Of a stretch of DNA of 64,000 bases, positions 1 through 14,733 are shown one piece after another. The translations under genes were made by a program, and so were the position numbers. The stretch covers positions 13,846 through 77,845 of the forward strand of contig ADNK01001335.1 of the NCBI GenBank assembly GCA_000320545.1. Reading direction: 5' to 3'. The notes under the pieces are model-generated. The model was not told the origin of the DNA and ran no database searches. It saw only the letters and a program-made list of their open reading frames with translations. Each line of letters starts with the position of its first letter. Within the stretch, counting starts at the first letter, position 1. The DNA comes from Bigelowiella natans CCMP2755. Taxonomy: Eukaryota > Protista > Cercozoa.

Positions 1-148
1 TGCCCTAAATGTATTAAAGATTGCTCAAGGGGACACCGTTAAGATAGGAGGACAACGCATGGGCGGCACCACCTCTAGAAGGAGCATTCCTGGTACTTGG
101 TCGGTGTGCTGTGATGATATACTCTGCAACAGTAAAATATAAGCATAT

Positions 149-218
<70 letters not shown>

Positions 219-840
219 GTCAGTTGATTCTCGTATACGAGCTGTTTCGCGTCTGATGGCTATCGATGACCCATCTGAGATGAAAGGTCCGACAACAACG
301 TGTTCTCCTCTCATTCCTCCTGAAATGGGGGGGTGCAACTATAACCCGCGTCCTCCATCAGCAACCTAGTAGTCACACCACAGCTATGTATATCATCACC
401 AGGAGTAGCCGTGCAAGACCTGCAGAGCCTCGAGTTTGGGGATGGCAAGATCTCGGAGAAACGAATCGACCAAGAAGCACTGAAGACCATCGCGGTACTC
501 TGCCAAATAACAACAACAACAACAACAACAACAACATGTACGATAATGCGCGACGAGTATGAGAACACTGGCTGACAACGGCATGCGTTCTTCTTCCCAG
601 GGTGTTTCCGCGATGTGCCTGGGCCAGTTCCCTACCACCTTGGAAGAAGACCTGAAGTGGCTGGAGAAGCATCATCATCATCATCATCATCCTGAAAACA
701 TGGCTGCTGCTGGGTCCTCGTCGGATTCAGAAGCAGCAACTGCGAACATGGTTTTGGCAGTTCATTTTCGGGTTGCGAAGAAGCGGTCCCTTGCTAGGGT
801 TTTGGAAGTAGTCAAAGAAGAGATAAGGAGTCTTGAGTAA
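1..840 (+). CDS. 3' exons of a SET-domain methyltransferase-like gene (Rubisco LSMT substrate-binding C-terminal domain), 5' truncated
   Basis: Spliced reading ...DLQSLEFGDGKISEKRIDQEALKTIA|GVSAMCLGQFPTTLEEDLKWLE...NMVLAVHFRVAKKRSL matches the 'L..YPTT.EED...L...A..FR..KK.IL' pattern of SETD3/LSMT C-terminal domains; GT-AG introns; stop at 838-840. Confidence 0.6.
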
Positions 841-1539
841 GCTGGTAGGACACCAAATATGCCATAGTAGTAAGACGTAACCGCGCTACTGTGGTAGTCT
901 TGCCGAGTCCTGAACGTTCCTTATTTACTTAAGCAAGTTGCGAATATGGCAGCATATTACAATCTATTCGACCCTCCTGCGCAAGAGACACGTATATACT
1001 TGTATATACTTGGTCTCTGCTATCTATCATATTTTGCAAGGAGATATGAGCAGTGGCATTGAGCCAATGGCGCACAGTATAGGTGCTTTGTATCGTCTTG
1101 CCTATTGCAACGTGCCTGACTGCATTGTTAGGTAAGGTGTGAACACTAAGCGTACGTACCGTGTCATGCAAGCTGTGCACTGAATGCCGCAATTTATAAA
1201 TTTAGCTATAGTGAACATATACATGTCGTCTTGATTTGATCGCACGTATCGATCAAGTCTCGGTGTGCAAAGCTCTAGAAGTTTCATGGAAATAGCTAGA
1301 AGCGAGTCCGTGCGTGAGCGCGTGTCATGTCAACATGCATAATTCGATCATTGGCGATCAAGTATATGTCATATGCTGGCGTGCACGGCCACGCATTTTA
1401 TGAATCACATATGGATCACGGTGGAAGCCTTGCAATTATTCAGCTTGTACGTTTAGGTCATGACGTGAAGTCACTGGCAAATAGATACACAATATAGTGA
1501 GGATGAAGTTCTGTGCCAGCAGTCGCCAGCTCCCGATTT

Positions 1540-1811
1540 CTATTGTTTCAACCTTTTGTTCGCGCTACGTATTCCTGGCCATCTACTTGCAACCAGACCC
1601 CCCAGCTTGGGCTCGATAGTATGGATCCAGGCAGTATCTGGAGAATCATAAACGCCCCACTATCAAGCACGGAACGCTGTAACAAAAACAACAGAAACTA
1701 GATCCTGTTTTCTTGCACCCACGCTGGCCTGTCGCCCGCAGCCTTGATAGCCTGCTCCATGGCTTTATCCTTTATAGATTGGTAGATTCAATTGAGGGGG
1801 TGTATTAGGTG

Positions 1812-1851
<40 letters not shown>

Positions 1852-3787
1852 CAGATCTAGCATTCTCTTGTTATGCAGCAGCAGCAGCAGTAGACAACGT
1901 TCACCATTACTTATTCATATAACATCAGTTAACATGGGGATCGAACCCACCCGAGTATCTTGGTCAGGGCTTTTAAGCTGCTCTAGAAACGATGGCCGCG
2001 TGGTAGCTCTCGGGTCTTCGACCTTGCTAACCTGCGAACGAAATCATAAGAATCTTTCTCTAGGCCCGCGACGTGTCGCTTTTCCGCTTGGCATAGCGTA
2101 TTACCGTGTTGAAGGAGTTTGCAGATACGAAGAGGGCCACAGCAAATGCGAGCAGAGAGCTCTGGATTCGCTGCATCGCGGGCGCTACCTGTTCCAATAA
2201 TGCAACGGTAAACGGCCATTCTCATGTCGAAAGTGTATATGGTTCTCCTAGTCGTGACCTCTGAGCTATGCAAAAGCCTGTCGCGAGCCACCACCTGTCG
2301 CCGCAATGGAAAGTGTAAAGGAGCATCCGGGTGAGGGGTAGGACGACGACGTTGGTAGTGTGACGAGGACGACTACTACTAATAATAATAATATTACCTG
2401 TGGAGGCTTTTCCCACACATCTCCATCGTACCACCCAGTTTGCTCATACTCAACCTTCTCGGAAACCTGTCGTTTAGTCATTTAAAGCACGGTCTTATTT
2501 TGATGATGATGATAATGAGGAGGGGGAGACGGTACCAGCCGCTGCCCGATATAATCCCACGAAACAAAGAGCCGAAGTAACAGCAACTCGAGCACCCCAA
2601 GGGCTACCTGCGTCCAACACGTTAAACCAGCTGAGGACGATACTTTAAGCGATGTATTTATTATTTAATCATCGTTCGATCTCTGTTCGGGCTACTACCA
2701 TGTTGCTGGTTATAAGCTCTGCTTTGAGGTCTCTCCTGCGGAAAAAGCACACAACTTTGCTCAGCGCAGTAACCAAAACACACTCGGCCATTTCCTTGAT
2801 ATATGAATCTAAAGGATTCATTTTTTTGGAGATGGTACGTACCCATCGAATCCAGATTGGGAGAACGGAAACGAAAGCGCTGCTATAGTCTTTGTGTAAA
2901 ACATAAACAAATTGTCAGCGGAAGAATCATCGTATTTATTGGTATCGTTAGATCATATCACCGCATATAATGTTCCAATCCTAAGGAGATACTTCGGCCA
3001 AGGCAGAGAAGGCCAGTTGAACAACAGCCCATTTTTCTTCGCATTTTCCAATTCCTTTGTAGGCTGTTGTGGCCACATGCAGTAATGAGGAGGATGGGGA
3101 GAACGCACACATTATTCTAATCACTCTCTCAGTACTCCTACACCCACGTGCATAAATTCTTTGGAGGAAGAAGAAGAAAAGAGAGAGAGAGAGAGAGATC
3201 AATGATGAGCATAAAGACTTTCAGCCACAAATAAGAAGTGGCGTGTCCCATTTTAGCTTTTCGACAGAAATCTAACCTGCTGGGCAGCAGGAACCCCAAT
3301 TTCGTCCGCAGAGGGCAAGCTTGACTTATCTAAAAGGAACAGCAAAGGCGTTCGGCTAAGCCTCAAGGCAGCAAATCGACGCAAGACAGCAAATCAACGA
3401 CTAGACTCTTCATTCACCAGAATCGTTGAGGTCGTCGGCAAGGCTTGATGCTCTTTCATCTTTCATTCGCTCTACCCTCCTTTATAAAATTATTTCATTA
3501 GCTTCTCCAGTTCACGGACTAAAATGTAAGCCTAGATTTACTCACTTCTTGAAGTCGTCGGAAAAATCATTTTCAGCCCTCACCAGTAGAGGCTTGCTTG
3601 TGCGATGGTAATTGAACTTGGAGCGAAAACTAACCGAAGGCGTGATTCGAGCCTTTTTTATGATACCAGTAAATTATAGTCGACTATCCTTGAAAATTCG
3701 TGCTACCTTGACATGAGAATTGTGGAGCCTTGCCTGAGTAACTATCAGAGGAAGGACCACTGCAGTAAAGCAGATGAAGCGTGCCAT
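1540..3787 (-). CDS. CGLD27: CGLD27/Ycf36 (DUF1230) family plastid membrane protein, multi-exon, with bipartite leader
   Basis: Spliced exons give GVPAAQQ|PTKELENAKKNGLLFNW, LLLRLFVSWDYIGQRL|VSEKVEYEQTGWYDGDVWEKPPQ|VVARDRLLHSSE|VAPAMQRI and C-terminal DRPA|YCLDPYYRAQAGG, the hallmark motifs of Ycf36/CGLD27. N-terminus MARFICFTAVVLPLIVTQA (ATG at 3787). 3' end approximate. Confidence 0.85.
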
Positions 3788-5699
3788 TGTATGATGGAAT
3801 CCTCGACTCAGCGCCGGAAGCAAAGCTTGAATAAATCAACAGCCGATATGCCTTAGCAAAACGCCAGTCCGCTAACTCCCTTAATAGCTAGAAGGTACTG
3901 GCTTCTCAACGACGTCTACACAAAATCGCACAACCACAGCATATGAGCAAAGTTAAACCTGGTTTTTAAAAGCATGATTTGCTGTTATGCATCTTCCACG
4001 TAAATGGCTTACATTCAGCCTCACGCTATAAAGCGTGTTTCTAATACTCTGGTATGTAATTACGCCAATTCGAACCGTAAGCAAAAGAGGGATGGGGACG
4101 AGTCGAGTATGGTCCTTAGGCCACGTGGCGTCGACGACACTTCTTGACTTTATTATTACGACAAGCAGTACATGGTATCCAATGGCGTAAATCCCATCCA
4201 TTCGTATTCATTTTCAATGACCAAGAATTGTTAATTGCTATTCTTTTTGCCATAGCGACAACATAATTTCGTGTAAGGCTATGGAAAATAGAAATAAAGA
4301 GGACGTAGAGTCAGGGCGACATGGTTGTGAAGTTGTCGTAATAATACATTCAGGTAAAAACGAAACACCACCCCGCCATTTATCATCATCAAGCACTAAG
4401 GTCCTTCCCTATGATTACGTGTTGAGCCTCCATGGTGGGAATCGGAGTTTTGTTTCAAATTGTTCCGATGCCACCAGCTATCTACCTTTCCTTCCTATCT
4501 CTCTGACTCGTCTTGTTTCATCCTCATCCATTGTTCTATATGCGTTTTCAGAGAAAATGATCTACAAAGTCTCCGATCCATATTACCTAAACTTTTTCGC
4601 GATGGGGAAAGAGGCCAACAAAGAAAGTGCGAAGAAGTTTAAGAACGTACAGCAATACTTTCCTGGCAATCGCTAAGGCAGAGAGTAGAAGAGATTGAGA
4701 CACCTCATTAAGGGAGAACATGTGGATGTTTTACAAGACTTTATACACACAATGATTACAAATATAGCTAGCATCAGAGCCTTCATGCATAACTGAGTCA
4801 TCCTTAAATATCCACCTCCTCCCCTCTCCGCCCCGGCCCGCGCGCAGCGCCAGCAGCTAGAGCTAGCTGCTTGGCATTATAGCTCGCTATCCGGGCTCTC
4901 TGAGAAATTGTAGCCACCGTGTACATCATCTCATGTGTATACAACTAATATATATTAGTCATGTATATACAACTAATATAGATTAGACTATTCCCGTTCG
5001 TTCTTTAATACAAACAACAAGTAGCATCTTAGCCTGTGGCACCACATCTCAGATCCCACGCTAGCACGGTTACGTGTTGTACCGTACCTGTCTCAGGTGT
5101 GATATCTCATATATCTAGTCAATAGCGCACGCCTCACATGATAGTGGCTGTGTCATTGATCATGCTGAAACGCCCTACTACGCACGTGGACGTTGTTACA
5201 ATGCGCCTGCGATGCGATCTTTGCATGCGGCGCGATGCCCAACACAACAAAGTGCTACTATGACACATTTCATCGCGCATCGCACTTGCAGGCAAGCTAG
5301 CTAATTTATGTTCTAATGCACAAAAAGAAAGGCAAATGTCCAGCTACGTATGCATAGCACATTTAGATATGTATACCTTAGCGTAGGTGACACTGATCTA
5401 TATCTAGTTAGCTTACAAGATGATGAGGAACTTGCAGTATTACTTGCTAGCATGCACCGCTTCTAAACGATTTTGCACGTCAAACTAAATTAAATATTTT
5501 AGACAACCTAGAATTTTTGCCTTTCTTTAATTTCCTTTGAATGTTCATTATGATTGTCTACGGGGGGCCAAACATTTCTGTAATACTTCGTCGAGCCGTT
5601 CCGATATGGTGGTTCTAAAGTAACCCAAAAGTTTAGGTGATTATGCTATTTTATAATTTAATTAACTTACATTCTGCGCGGAACATTAGAAGGAAGGAG

Positions 5700-6031
5700 C
5701 CGCAACACGCCATTAAAGATCACTTGAATAATCCTAAAAAGAATCGTGTGGGTGTCAATATAAAAGAATGGCGCAAATACTGTACTAGCTTACTTGTTAA
5801 TGCCCGGGTGGGCGCCCTTTTCCTAATTTACCATAATCACATAAGCAAATGTACAATGCTTTTGCCGAGAAGGAAAACCCGGCAAATCAGCATGATCTGC
5901 TGGCAAATGGGAGAGAGGAAAATAGATAGCAGTAATTATACCACCACGCGGGTACCAATGAGAAGTTCAATTGTGCCATTCTGTTCGTGTTGTAGTCCGG
6001 AGGGATTTGAGCAACGATTACAGGGTGGTGC

Positions 6032-6073
<42 letters not shown>

Positions 6074-6570
6074 TATGTGTTTCTATTGTGGTCGGGAATA
6101 GTGATTGATGACACTATATGTTATCAAAGCATCGCCCAAGCATGCAAACTCTAAAAGCATCAAGTTCTGCCTCACAAAAGGATGTGGATGCCAATGGGGG
6201 ATTTTGTGTAGTTTCAATGGATAAACGACAATACAAACAACGCAATCGATAACTTCCATCAATAACACAAAAAAAAATAGTAGTTACGGTGTGTTTTTCA
6301 ACGTCAACTTGAATCCACCGGTGGTCGCAATGGGTTCGATCTGGAATATTGCAAGGATGGACGGTAGTGACCGATAATGACGCGTGGTTATATCAAAGAA
6401 GAAGAAGAAGAAGAAGAAGAAGAGGGGTTGTGCTTGATATTAATTAGTAAGGGGGAATGAAAAATGTTCTTTTAGAATTCTATACTAATTGTTTTCCTCT
6501 TCCTCTTCCCTTTCCTCTCATTTTTGCACATTCACATTTTTTGAGTAGGAATTTATCCTCAATATTAAGT

Positions 6571-6610
<40 letters not shown>

Positions 6611-6618
6611 GCGCGCGC

Positions 6619-6649
<31 letters not shown>

Positions 6650-6729
6650 ATGTACCTCATATTGCTGATTAGGGTATTTTTTCTTCATCATGTTTAATTC
6701 TTGAGCCAAAAAGCTATGCAGAATGACCT

Positions 6730-6781
<52 letters not shown>

Positions 6782-7122
6782 GCACATAATGTAGTATAAT
6801 GAGCTGCGCACGAGTGTGAGTGTTTGAAATTTATGCATTAAAATTGCTAATAATATGGTAAATCCATCCCTTCTTGTCGTTGCTATCATCATCATTGTTA
6901 TCATCATCATCATCATCATCATTATCCGTGAATACCTGCTGGCTCTGTTGTTGCTTTGAATATTGCTGCTGCTGCATGAGGTACCTTGGAGGATGGGTGG
7001 CGAATATACAAAAATGATGATGACCTCAACACGGATTCAATAATCATGTTTTCACACACATTTAAACTGCTTTCTATGGCGGCATATGCATCATAAAGAA
7101 TGCAGGCACTCTCACCATTTCT

Positions 7123-7162
<40 letters not shown>

Positions 7163-7945
7163 TTGTCACGTTTTAAGGTATGTTTACTGCTGCTGCTGTG
7201 GGCCAGTCGATGAAGCAGGTTTCCTCTGGTTGTGAAAATCATATTAGTGCCTCGTGGACACATAAATGTTGATGGACGATTCTTATCTCCCCGCCCCCTC
7301 CATCTCTTCTCTCTCCGTCTATTTTTCAAAGCGTGCCTGGGCCTCCTTCCCCCCCCCCCCCCCCCCTTTCTTCCACTGATCTTTCTTTCGAAAAGCAAGC
7401 GACCGTGATCATAGCTGCTCTGTTGTACGATGGGATATTGGATGTTGCCGTGGCCATGCCTGTAGATGTGTACAGGAGGAGTGGGAGAAAGAACAGAAAT
7501 CTATAAAATTCCAACACCAACATCACAGATGCGTCACGCACCCAAACAAGCACCACACACACACACACACATACACACACCTATGTTGGTGATGGAATGG
7601 AATATTCTTCATCGTCACTACTACTAATTTATCGTTGTATCTTTACCGATCGAGTGCGGGAATGGCTTCCTTCCTCCCTGAGAACACACACCCACGCACA
7701 CAAGCAGGCGTTGGAGCACAACGCTAAAAACCATGATCACACCATTCATCGCAGCATAAACAATACCGGATTTTGCTGCTTCTGTATGGCGCTTCGATTT
7801 AAATTTGCAGTAGAGGTTGGAGCTACGGCGGTGGCTGCTGTCCTAACAACATTCCTAGAGGTGCTTGTAGCTGCCGCCGACGCCTTTAATATTTAGCAAC
7901 CAATTTCAAAAACTGCTCAAATATCGCTCGTACCTTCCTTAATGT

Positions 7946-7992
<47 letters not shown>

Positions 7993-8666
7993 CGCGCGTG
8001 AGTGTGTTGAGAAAATGTGGGGGAAAGAACTGAGGAGAAGGAGAGCGAGGAGAGGGAAAGTAATGGAGTTAGGGGAAAACATAGAAAATATGATAATGAA
8101 ACGAAAATCCACAGTTAATGACCACGTGCTGATTTTGGTAGTTCATGGATGTAAACAAAGAGAAAGAAACTTGATGATACAAAAATTCGTTTCTTACACT
8201 AGCCATCCTGTTTCTTTGCCTGACAATATTAAGAGAAGGCAGACGGAGGAGATGAACATTATAAGGAGAAAGAAAGCAGCTAGAGCAGTGGTGCAGGACG
8301 CACAACGGGGATGGTGCAGCTAATAATGCAAAAAGGGTAATGAAACAATAATAACGCTATTATAACGCCATATACAGCAGCTGATATAGTGCAATTAATA
8401 GTAGATGTTGTTGTTAAAGGGGTCAATACCTGGGATGTATGTAGGGTTGAATGAGACTATGCACAACCTTACTGGATTCCCATAAATTCTTGGGATTTGC
8501 TGCGGCCTCACCTATCGCTCGGATGAACGAGTCTAGCCCTTTGTTATCCGTTGGCAATTGGGACAACGCTTGCTTAACTTTCTGTAAGGGTTTGTGATCG
8601 AAGGAGGCATATCTAACGACTTATCCTTATGAATGAACGAACAGGGTGCCATGATATGCTTTTGAC

Positions 8667-8743
<77 letters not shown>

Positions 8744-10200
8744 CATTCTTTGTAATGAATATTGTGTATGTAAAATTCTCCTTTACACTAAGGATCCTCC
8801 ATTGCTCCCTCGCGTCTTTGCCTGCTAGTTTTTCCTGATCGCATATCATCGAAGGTGATGTTAGCCAGTAATGATGATAATGAGCGCGTACTATCATGGC
8901 GTGGTATTTCCAGGCAATAGATAGGCAAGATTGAACATAGCTGAGCTTGAAGAATGTCAGGACAGTGGCTCGTACGTACTTCTAGTCCAACTAGGTATTT
9001 CTCGTAGAATGTTTTCCACGGTGGAGTGCCAGCCTGATGATGCATGATGGATAAATGGATGAATGAAAGAATGAAGAAAGATTCTGCCGGGGGCGAGTTC
9101 TTATACATTATTACTCTGATTTTGTTGCCCAAACTTTTGATAATTCGTCTCAGATTTGCCACCAGGATTTTGCACAGCCTGAAATCACGTATATGTAGCA
9201 CACACCGTAACCCTTAACACAAATGAAGCGACTTGTTCAATAATGTCAGCAGTCCTGTTACTTTCCATTCTGAATTCTTTCTTAAAACATAATAGAATAA
9301 TTACAAGTCCTGTATCTTGGATCGGTATTCAGATCCCAGTTGTTCTTTAGACTTGGAGGAGGCTTCCTTGAATCCGGCGTTCTCGACCATTTTCGCGTAC
9401 TTACAAACAAAAGATCCTGTGAGATTTTGCGATTCGGCTTCTCATCAAAGTTATAGAAACACTTACATATTCTGCTCTTTCGACATTGTTCTCCTTGAGG
9501 TGCTTATATCTGTTGCAGGCGTAGAGCAAGTATGTTCAAAGTGAGTACTCGCACACCAGGAGCACCACCACTAGCAGCAAGAACATGTGTCAACAAAACT
9601 ATTTTTACGGTGATGACAATACATCTGCTTGCTGATGCGAATACTTACATTTGAGTCATCATCTTTTCTCTGGTTTCGTTTATCTGATCGGCATTCCGCA
9701 TCCGAGCGTTCGCCATCTGTGCTGGAGGGGTGTGTCTCCTGGAATATTACTTCGGTAATTTCCTGCTGTAAAAAATGGTTCATAAATTCATCATTCTGCA
9801 ATATAAACAATAACCTCTTCGGCCCTTTTTGTCATTGTTATCCAACAGACACACGGGTTAGCAACAGCTTAGTAGGTAAGTCCTAGTTCTTCCAAAACCG
9901 GAAAGTTATTGTCCTGAGAATAACCGACACAGTTTGAAACATATTGAGGATTCCTTGAAAAAAAGTGTGGACAGCTGAAGAAGTTTTGAGGCCGAAGTGG
10001 ACGGATGCAGGATAGATATGTAGAGCAGAGATTATACTGAAGACTTCTTGGGAAAATTTACCTTTCCGATTTTTCCTGCTGCGATCTTGATCCAAATTCC
10101 AAAACATGTGCAACCTCACCGCTTCAAGATTCCTGCAACACTCAGCGAACACTTCCCCAGCAGCACATATCTCATCATTCGAAGGGGGGGGGAATCCCAT
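5700..10200 (-). CDS. Probable multi-exon hypothetical protein gene (boundaries uncertain)
   Basis: Protein-like exon fragments between microsatellite-containing introns (MGFPPPSNDEICAAGEVF..., NDEFMNHFLQQEITEV..., AGTPPWKTFYEKYLVGLE, YASFDHKPLQKVKQALSQLP...). No family recognised. Confidence 0.35.
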
Positions 10201-10332
10201 CTCTACATTGGCGTGCTAGTAGTGGGAGGGGGGTTGGCAACAATGTGCTTCGACGACGAAATACGGACTATTTTGGCTGGCGAGCATTACGGGTAGATTG
10301 CACGCCCGAGGCCCTGTTCACTTACGAGGAAA

Positions 10333-12809
10333 ATGGAGGAGAAGGGCAAGGAAAACGGAGAGGCCGCTGTTGTGAAGGATCGGCGTGACGAAGATACGAA
10401 CCAAGCATTATTCAACGCAATTCAGAGAAAGGATGAAACCATTCAAAAATTGCAAAATGACTTCGATAAAGTGGTGGAGCGGCTTGCAGAAAAGGTGACG
10501 AGCCACCAAGTGCACAAAAAATATCAATCGATATTGATTTACTATGTTCCTTTACAGAGTCTCCTCTGTGAGCGCTTGGCCGGGGAGCTTGAGGCAACGC
10601 GTAGATCGTTACGAAATTATACGTCTACAAACATGTACTTCCTTAGTTAGAGCTTTTCAGATTTCAAACTTCTGATACGTTTCTTTGCACACATTTAAAA
10701 AGAGTATCCAAGCTGAAAGGAGCATTAATCGAACCCGCCAGCGTCCGTGGGAACTCCAAGACAAAAACATCACAATCCGGCATGGCGTCGCCGATGTTAC
10801 CGCCGCCGCCGCCTCCTCCCAAATCGCCCATACCGCCTTCGCCTTCATCCTCCCCCTCCGCGTCACAAGCCGCAACGATTTCGCCGTCGGACCAGAAAGA
10901 AGTATCTTCCATCTCCACACAAGTCCTTATTAAAGAGACTCCAATATCCGAAGATAAGTCTACTGGTGCTGACACTCAAGACTTAAAAGAGAATCTCCAA
11001 CAACCGAACAGCAACTTAACCAATATTGAATCAGGACGCTTACAAACTTCGCGACACCGAATGAGAAGAAGCTCACTGCCGCCAAGATCCCCGCCATTTT
11101 CGCCCCAGGCATCTGAAATAGCGGCTATTACCCTGAAGGCGAAAGAGGATGCTCGTATAAATAGAGATAAACTAGAGAAAGACTCGCTTGTAATACAGCT
11201 CAGAAGGGAGGAGGCAGCACTGCGGCGCTTGGTTGCTGAAAAAGAAGCTGAGAGAGAGACTATTGCTGCCAAAGCCGGTAAATTGTCCCGAGATCTCGAA
11301 ACAGTAACTACTCGTTTCACCAGCGTCTCTGCTGAGATATTTGACGTAAAGTCGAAAGCAGAGGAGGAAAAGAGTATTTGGGAAAGGGACACTAAAAGAT
11401 TCCAAGCGAAGATGGCCTTACTCCAAGAAGAGTTGCAAGAATCTAAAGTCCTGACCGAAGACCTTAAAAAACAACTCCAAAGTGCTGCTACCGAGAGGGA
11501 AGAGGCACGCCAACGAGAACAAGAGATTGTTGAACAAATGAAAAAGCAGAAAAACGGAGACGTAGGCCAAACCGCGGAGTACCAACGAAAATGGCAGGAG
11601 GAGAAATGCCGAGCGGACGATTTGGGGCGGAAGCTGAAGCAATGTGAGGAGAAGTATCGGGAGGAAATACAGGCTATAGCAGACTCGATGGAGCTCTTGA
11701 AGCTCGAGAGCAAGATAGGGGCCAAGAAAAGTGTTCGTATGGTTGCAGAGCTGAAGAAAGGATTGCAAGAGAGCGAGACTTCAAAAGAACTTCTCAAGGT
11801 TAACATGGCCCAGCTACGTATCTCTTACGAGCAAGCCTGCCTCAAGCTGAACTCTCTTAGAGCACGTAAGCCTCCAGCGTCACTTCCCCCTCCCCCACCC
11901 GCAGCAGGCCGAGACGAAGCCACCAACTCATCCCCAGAACACAACAAGAGTGGACAACACCTCTTACAACACAACGCCAACCATGCAACTAGGGGAAACA
12001 CGAGATCTCTCTCTTTCTCAGCAGGGTGGAATAGCAAAAAGATGATGGGCGTTGGCTCTCCAGATTGGCAAGAAGTGAAGACATCAGATCCAGTAAATAC
12101 ACGGAATCGGAGGAAATCAGCTGGGTTCCGTGGGCGGCCACCATCCCTATCTTTGATGGCCCCCGGCGGTGCTCTGCTCTCATCACACACACCAATCTCT
12201 ACTCCTACCCCCTCCCTGCCTTCATCGCCATCGGCTTCGTTATCAAAGCCACCGCCCCCCCGCTGGAGCAAAGAAGCAGAGAGTGAGTATTTCTTGGATG
12301 CAGGTAAGAAGCTTCAGGACGCAGTGGAAGTAAGCTTTTCTCTGAAGAAGAACAACAAGCACTTAAAAGACCGAATACAGGAGCTTGTGCAGAAACTTTC
12401 GGAGAAGGAAAGGCTGATAGCAAGCTTCAACTCTCCTAAAATCGCAGAAAAGATGCGCAGGCTTGGGGATATGGAATCTGAAAATTTGCTTTTAAGAGAG
12501 TCCCTGAAGAATATGGCGATTGAGGTCAGAGAATTGAGCGACAAAGTCAACCTTTACAAGAATGGTATTTACGGGAGCAACGGAATTGGAGTTGAAGTTA
12601 AAGGAGAACAGGAACAATCGAGAGGATTCTTCCAATCTTCTTTTTCTCAGCCTGATCAAATGAATATGTCAAAAATACAAGGGCAAACTTTGCCCGTTCA
12701 CACATCAAAAACTAGTGGTGCTGATGATGCTCGTGAGGGTGGATCGCCGCTGAGCAGCACAGAATGTGTTGAAACTGAGGCTACACAATTCACCGAGATA
12801 GAGGTGTAA
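10333..12809 (+). CDS. Coiled-coil, proline-rich hypothetical protein (two short 5' exons plus one long exon)
   Basis: 675-aa ORF 10782-12809 is open upstream to an AG acceptor at ~10660; E/K/Q-rich heptad-like segments and poly-Pro tracts; 5' exon MEEKGKENG... at 10333. Confidence 0.7.
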
Positions 12810-13569
12810 GAAGGAGCATGGAAAAAATCATTTTCAAATAAATTTTCTGGTAATTGGCCATGAGTTTCCGTTCGTGTGCATTAATTTGCGGCTGAGATAC
12901 ATTACTTATTTAGTTATCATAATTGTGCTCCGCGCGACGAGCATTTATTGTTACATGCTTCCATACCCTGTCAATATGGTCAACTTTTATTAAAAACTAT
13001 GTGTAATCCGGGCGGTACAATGACGTCAGATGCATTGAAAGTTGAGAGATAACTAACGTTTTGCGGCAAATTTTATGCATAACACTTTTTGCCGCGCGCT
13101 TGCCCAGTCGGGGTCGCGCAGGGGGTACATATGCGCTTGTATCCTGCTGCTAGCTTATAAGCTAGCCCGCAATCTGCCTTGTTAGCTTGCACGACGTGCA
13201 TGGCGCACGCATACCGACTCTTTGTGTAGCACCACACGCATTCTGTACGCTAGCTACACTATCTAGCTATGTTCACGCATAGCATGACAGCATGACTAGC
13301 TAGCTAGACGTAGGCTGCAATGCGCAATAATAAATGAATTCCCGTGGATGGCTGATGCACGCTCGCATGAACCCCGCCGCGGCTGTATTACTAGAGTAGC
13401 AGATAAGAGGTGGGCAGCTGCCAACCACTAGACGATGGCAAGCAAGCATGATTAATCCCAGTGAGTCGTCTGATACCCATGACAATGTATACACCTGTTT
13501 AACTTTGCCAGTTGGGATATAACATCTAGAAATATCACAGACAGCAATTTTTTTGGGGATCTGCACGAT

Positions 13570-14655
13570 CTAAACGACCGTGTGCGTGCTTTTGAAGTGT
13601 TGCATGTAGTCCGAAGCCTTTGATAGTATCATGAAAGTGGGCACCCCACCAACGACCACCTAACAAAGAACAGCATCAGCGTTGGATTTATGTGTTAGTA
13701 TTGCTTGTTTAGTACCCCTTTCTGGATCAAAGCCTCAGCAAGAGGGTCTTCCATGTTTATTTCTCGAACGCTATGTGGCTTACCGCCGTTCTCCACTTCA
13801 ACGTATACCGCAATATTTTTAATAGTATAATGTTTCTTCTTATCCCACTGCGGCTGTGTTCCTTTGGGTGGGAACATTTGCCCCAACTGCTCTTTGAAGG
13901 ACCGTAACTCATGCATATCCTGGACGAAATCTGTCACATAGAATTCCGGATACATGAAAACTACAGGCCAGTGGAGACAGCCGTTTTTATCGAGCATTGG
14001 CTTATGATCGCCACTTAATGTATCAACCGTAGTCCTAATTTTCCTCAACTTGATCGATTCGGCCAGTAAATCAGCAAATTTCCGGTCAGCATCCTTTGAA
14101 CAAAGATACATATTTGGATGATGACTGGCGCAACGCGAGCAACACACTGAACTAACCTTTTTCATAGCCTTCACGCGCTCGCTTTCTTTCTTTTTCTCCA
14201 TTGAGATTTCCAGTTTTTTGATGAGATTAGCGACATAGTTCCGCTTTAAAAAGTCGTCCTTGGCCCATTTCAATGCATGCTCATACCACTTCATCGCCTG
14301 GGAATGTCATAACAAAGGATTGCATCGCAGTTTAATCATCTGGTACTTGATGAATTGCGCACAGATTCACCTCTTTGGGTTTCCCTAGGGCTTCTGAGGC
14401 TTGCCCAGCACGACAATAAGCTTTAGAATTCTTGTGATTGAGTTTTAGTGCTTCCTGAGTATAATGGCAGCAGTGAAGGTGTTTCACTCACTTTGTCTTC
14501 TTAGAACAACAAAAGCGGGCACTTTGTTAGATATACTACTTTACAATCGTCGATAGCTCGTCCGTAATTTTGTCTGTGATGGTGAATGAGAGCTCTGTTG
14601 GAGTAAACCTGCAATGAACGATTATAGATTTTAGATTTTAGATTATAGATTATAG

Positions 14656-14733
<78 letters not shown>

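Noticed and set aside
3970-4676. Possible small + strand gene (ORF 4281-4676)
   Set aside because: I could not assemble consistent exons or recognise a family.
14620-14730. Compound (TA)n(TG)n and other intronic microsatellites as evidence of hypermutation
   Set aside because: Pure blocks are typical of slippage; the intact (TA)n tracts instead serve as a negative control.
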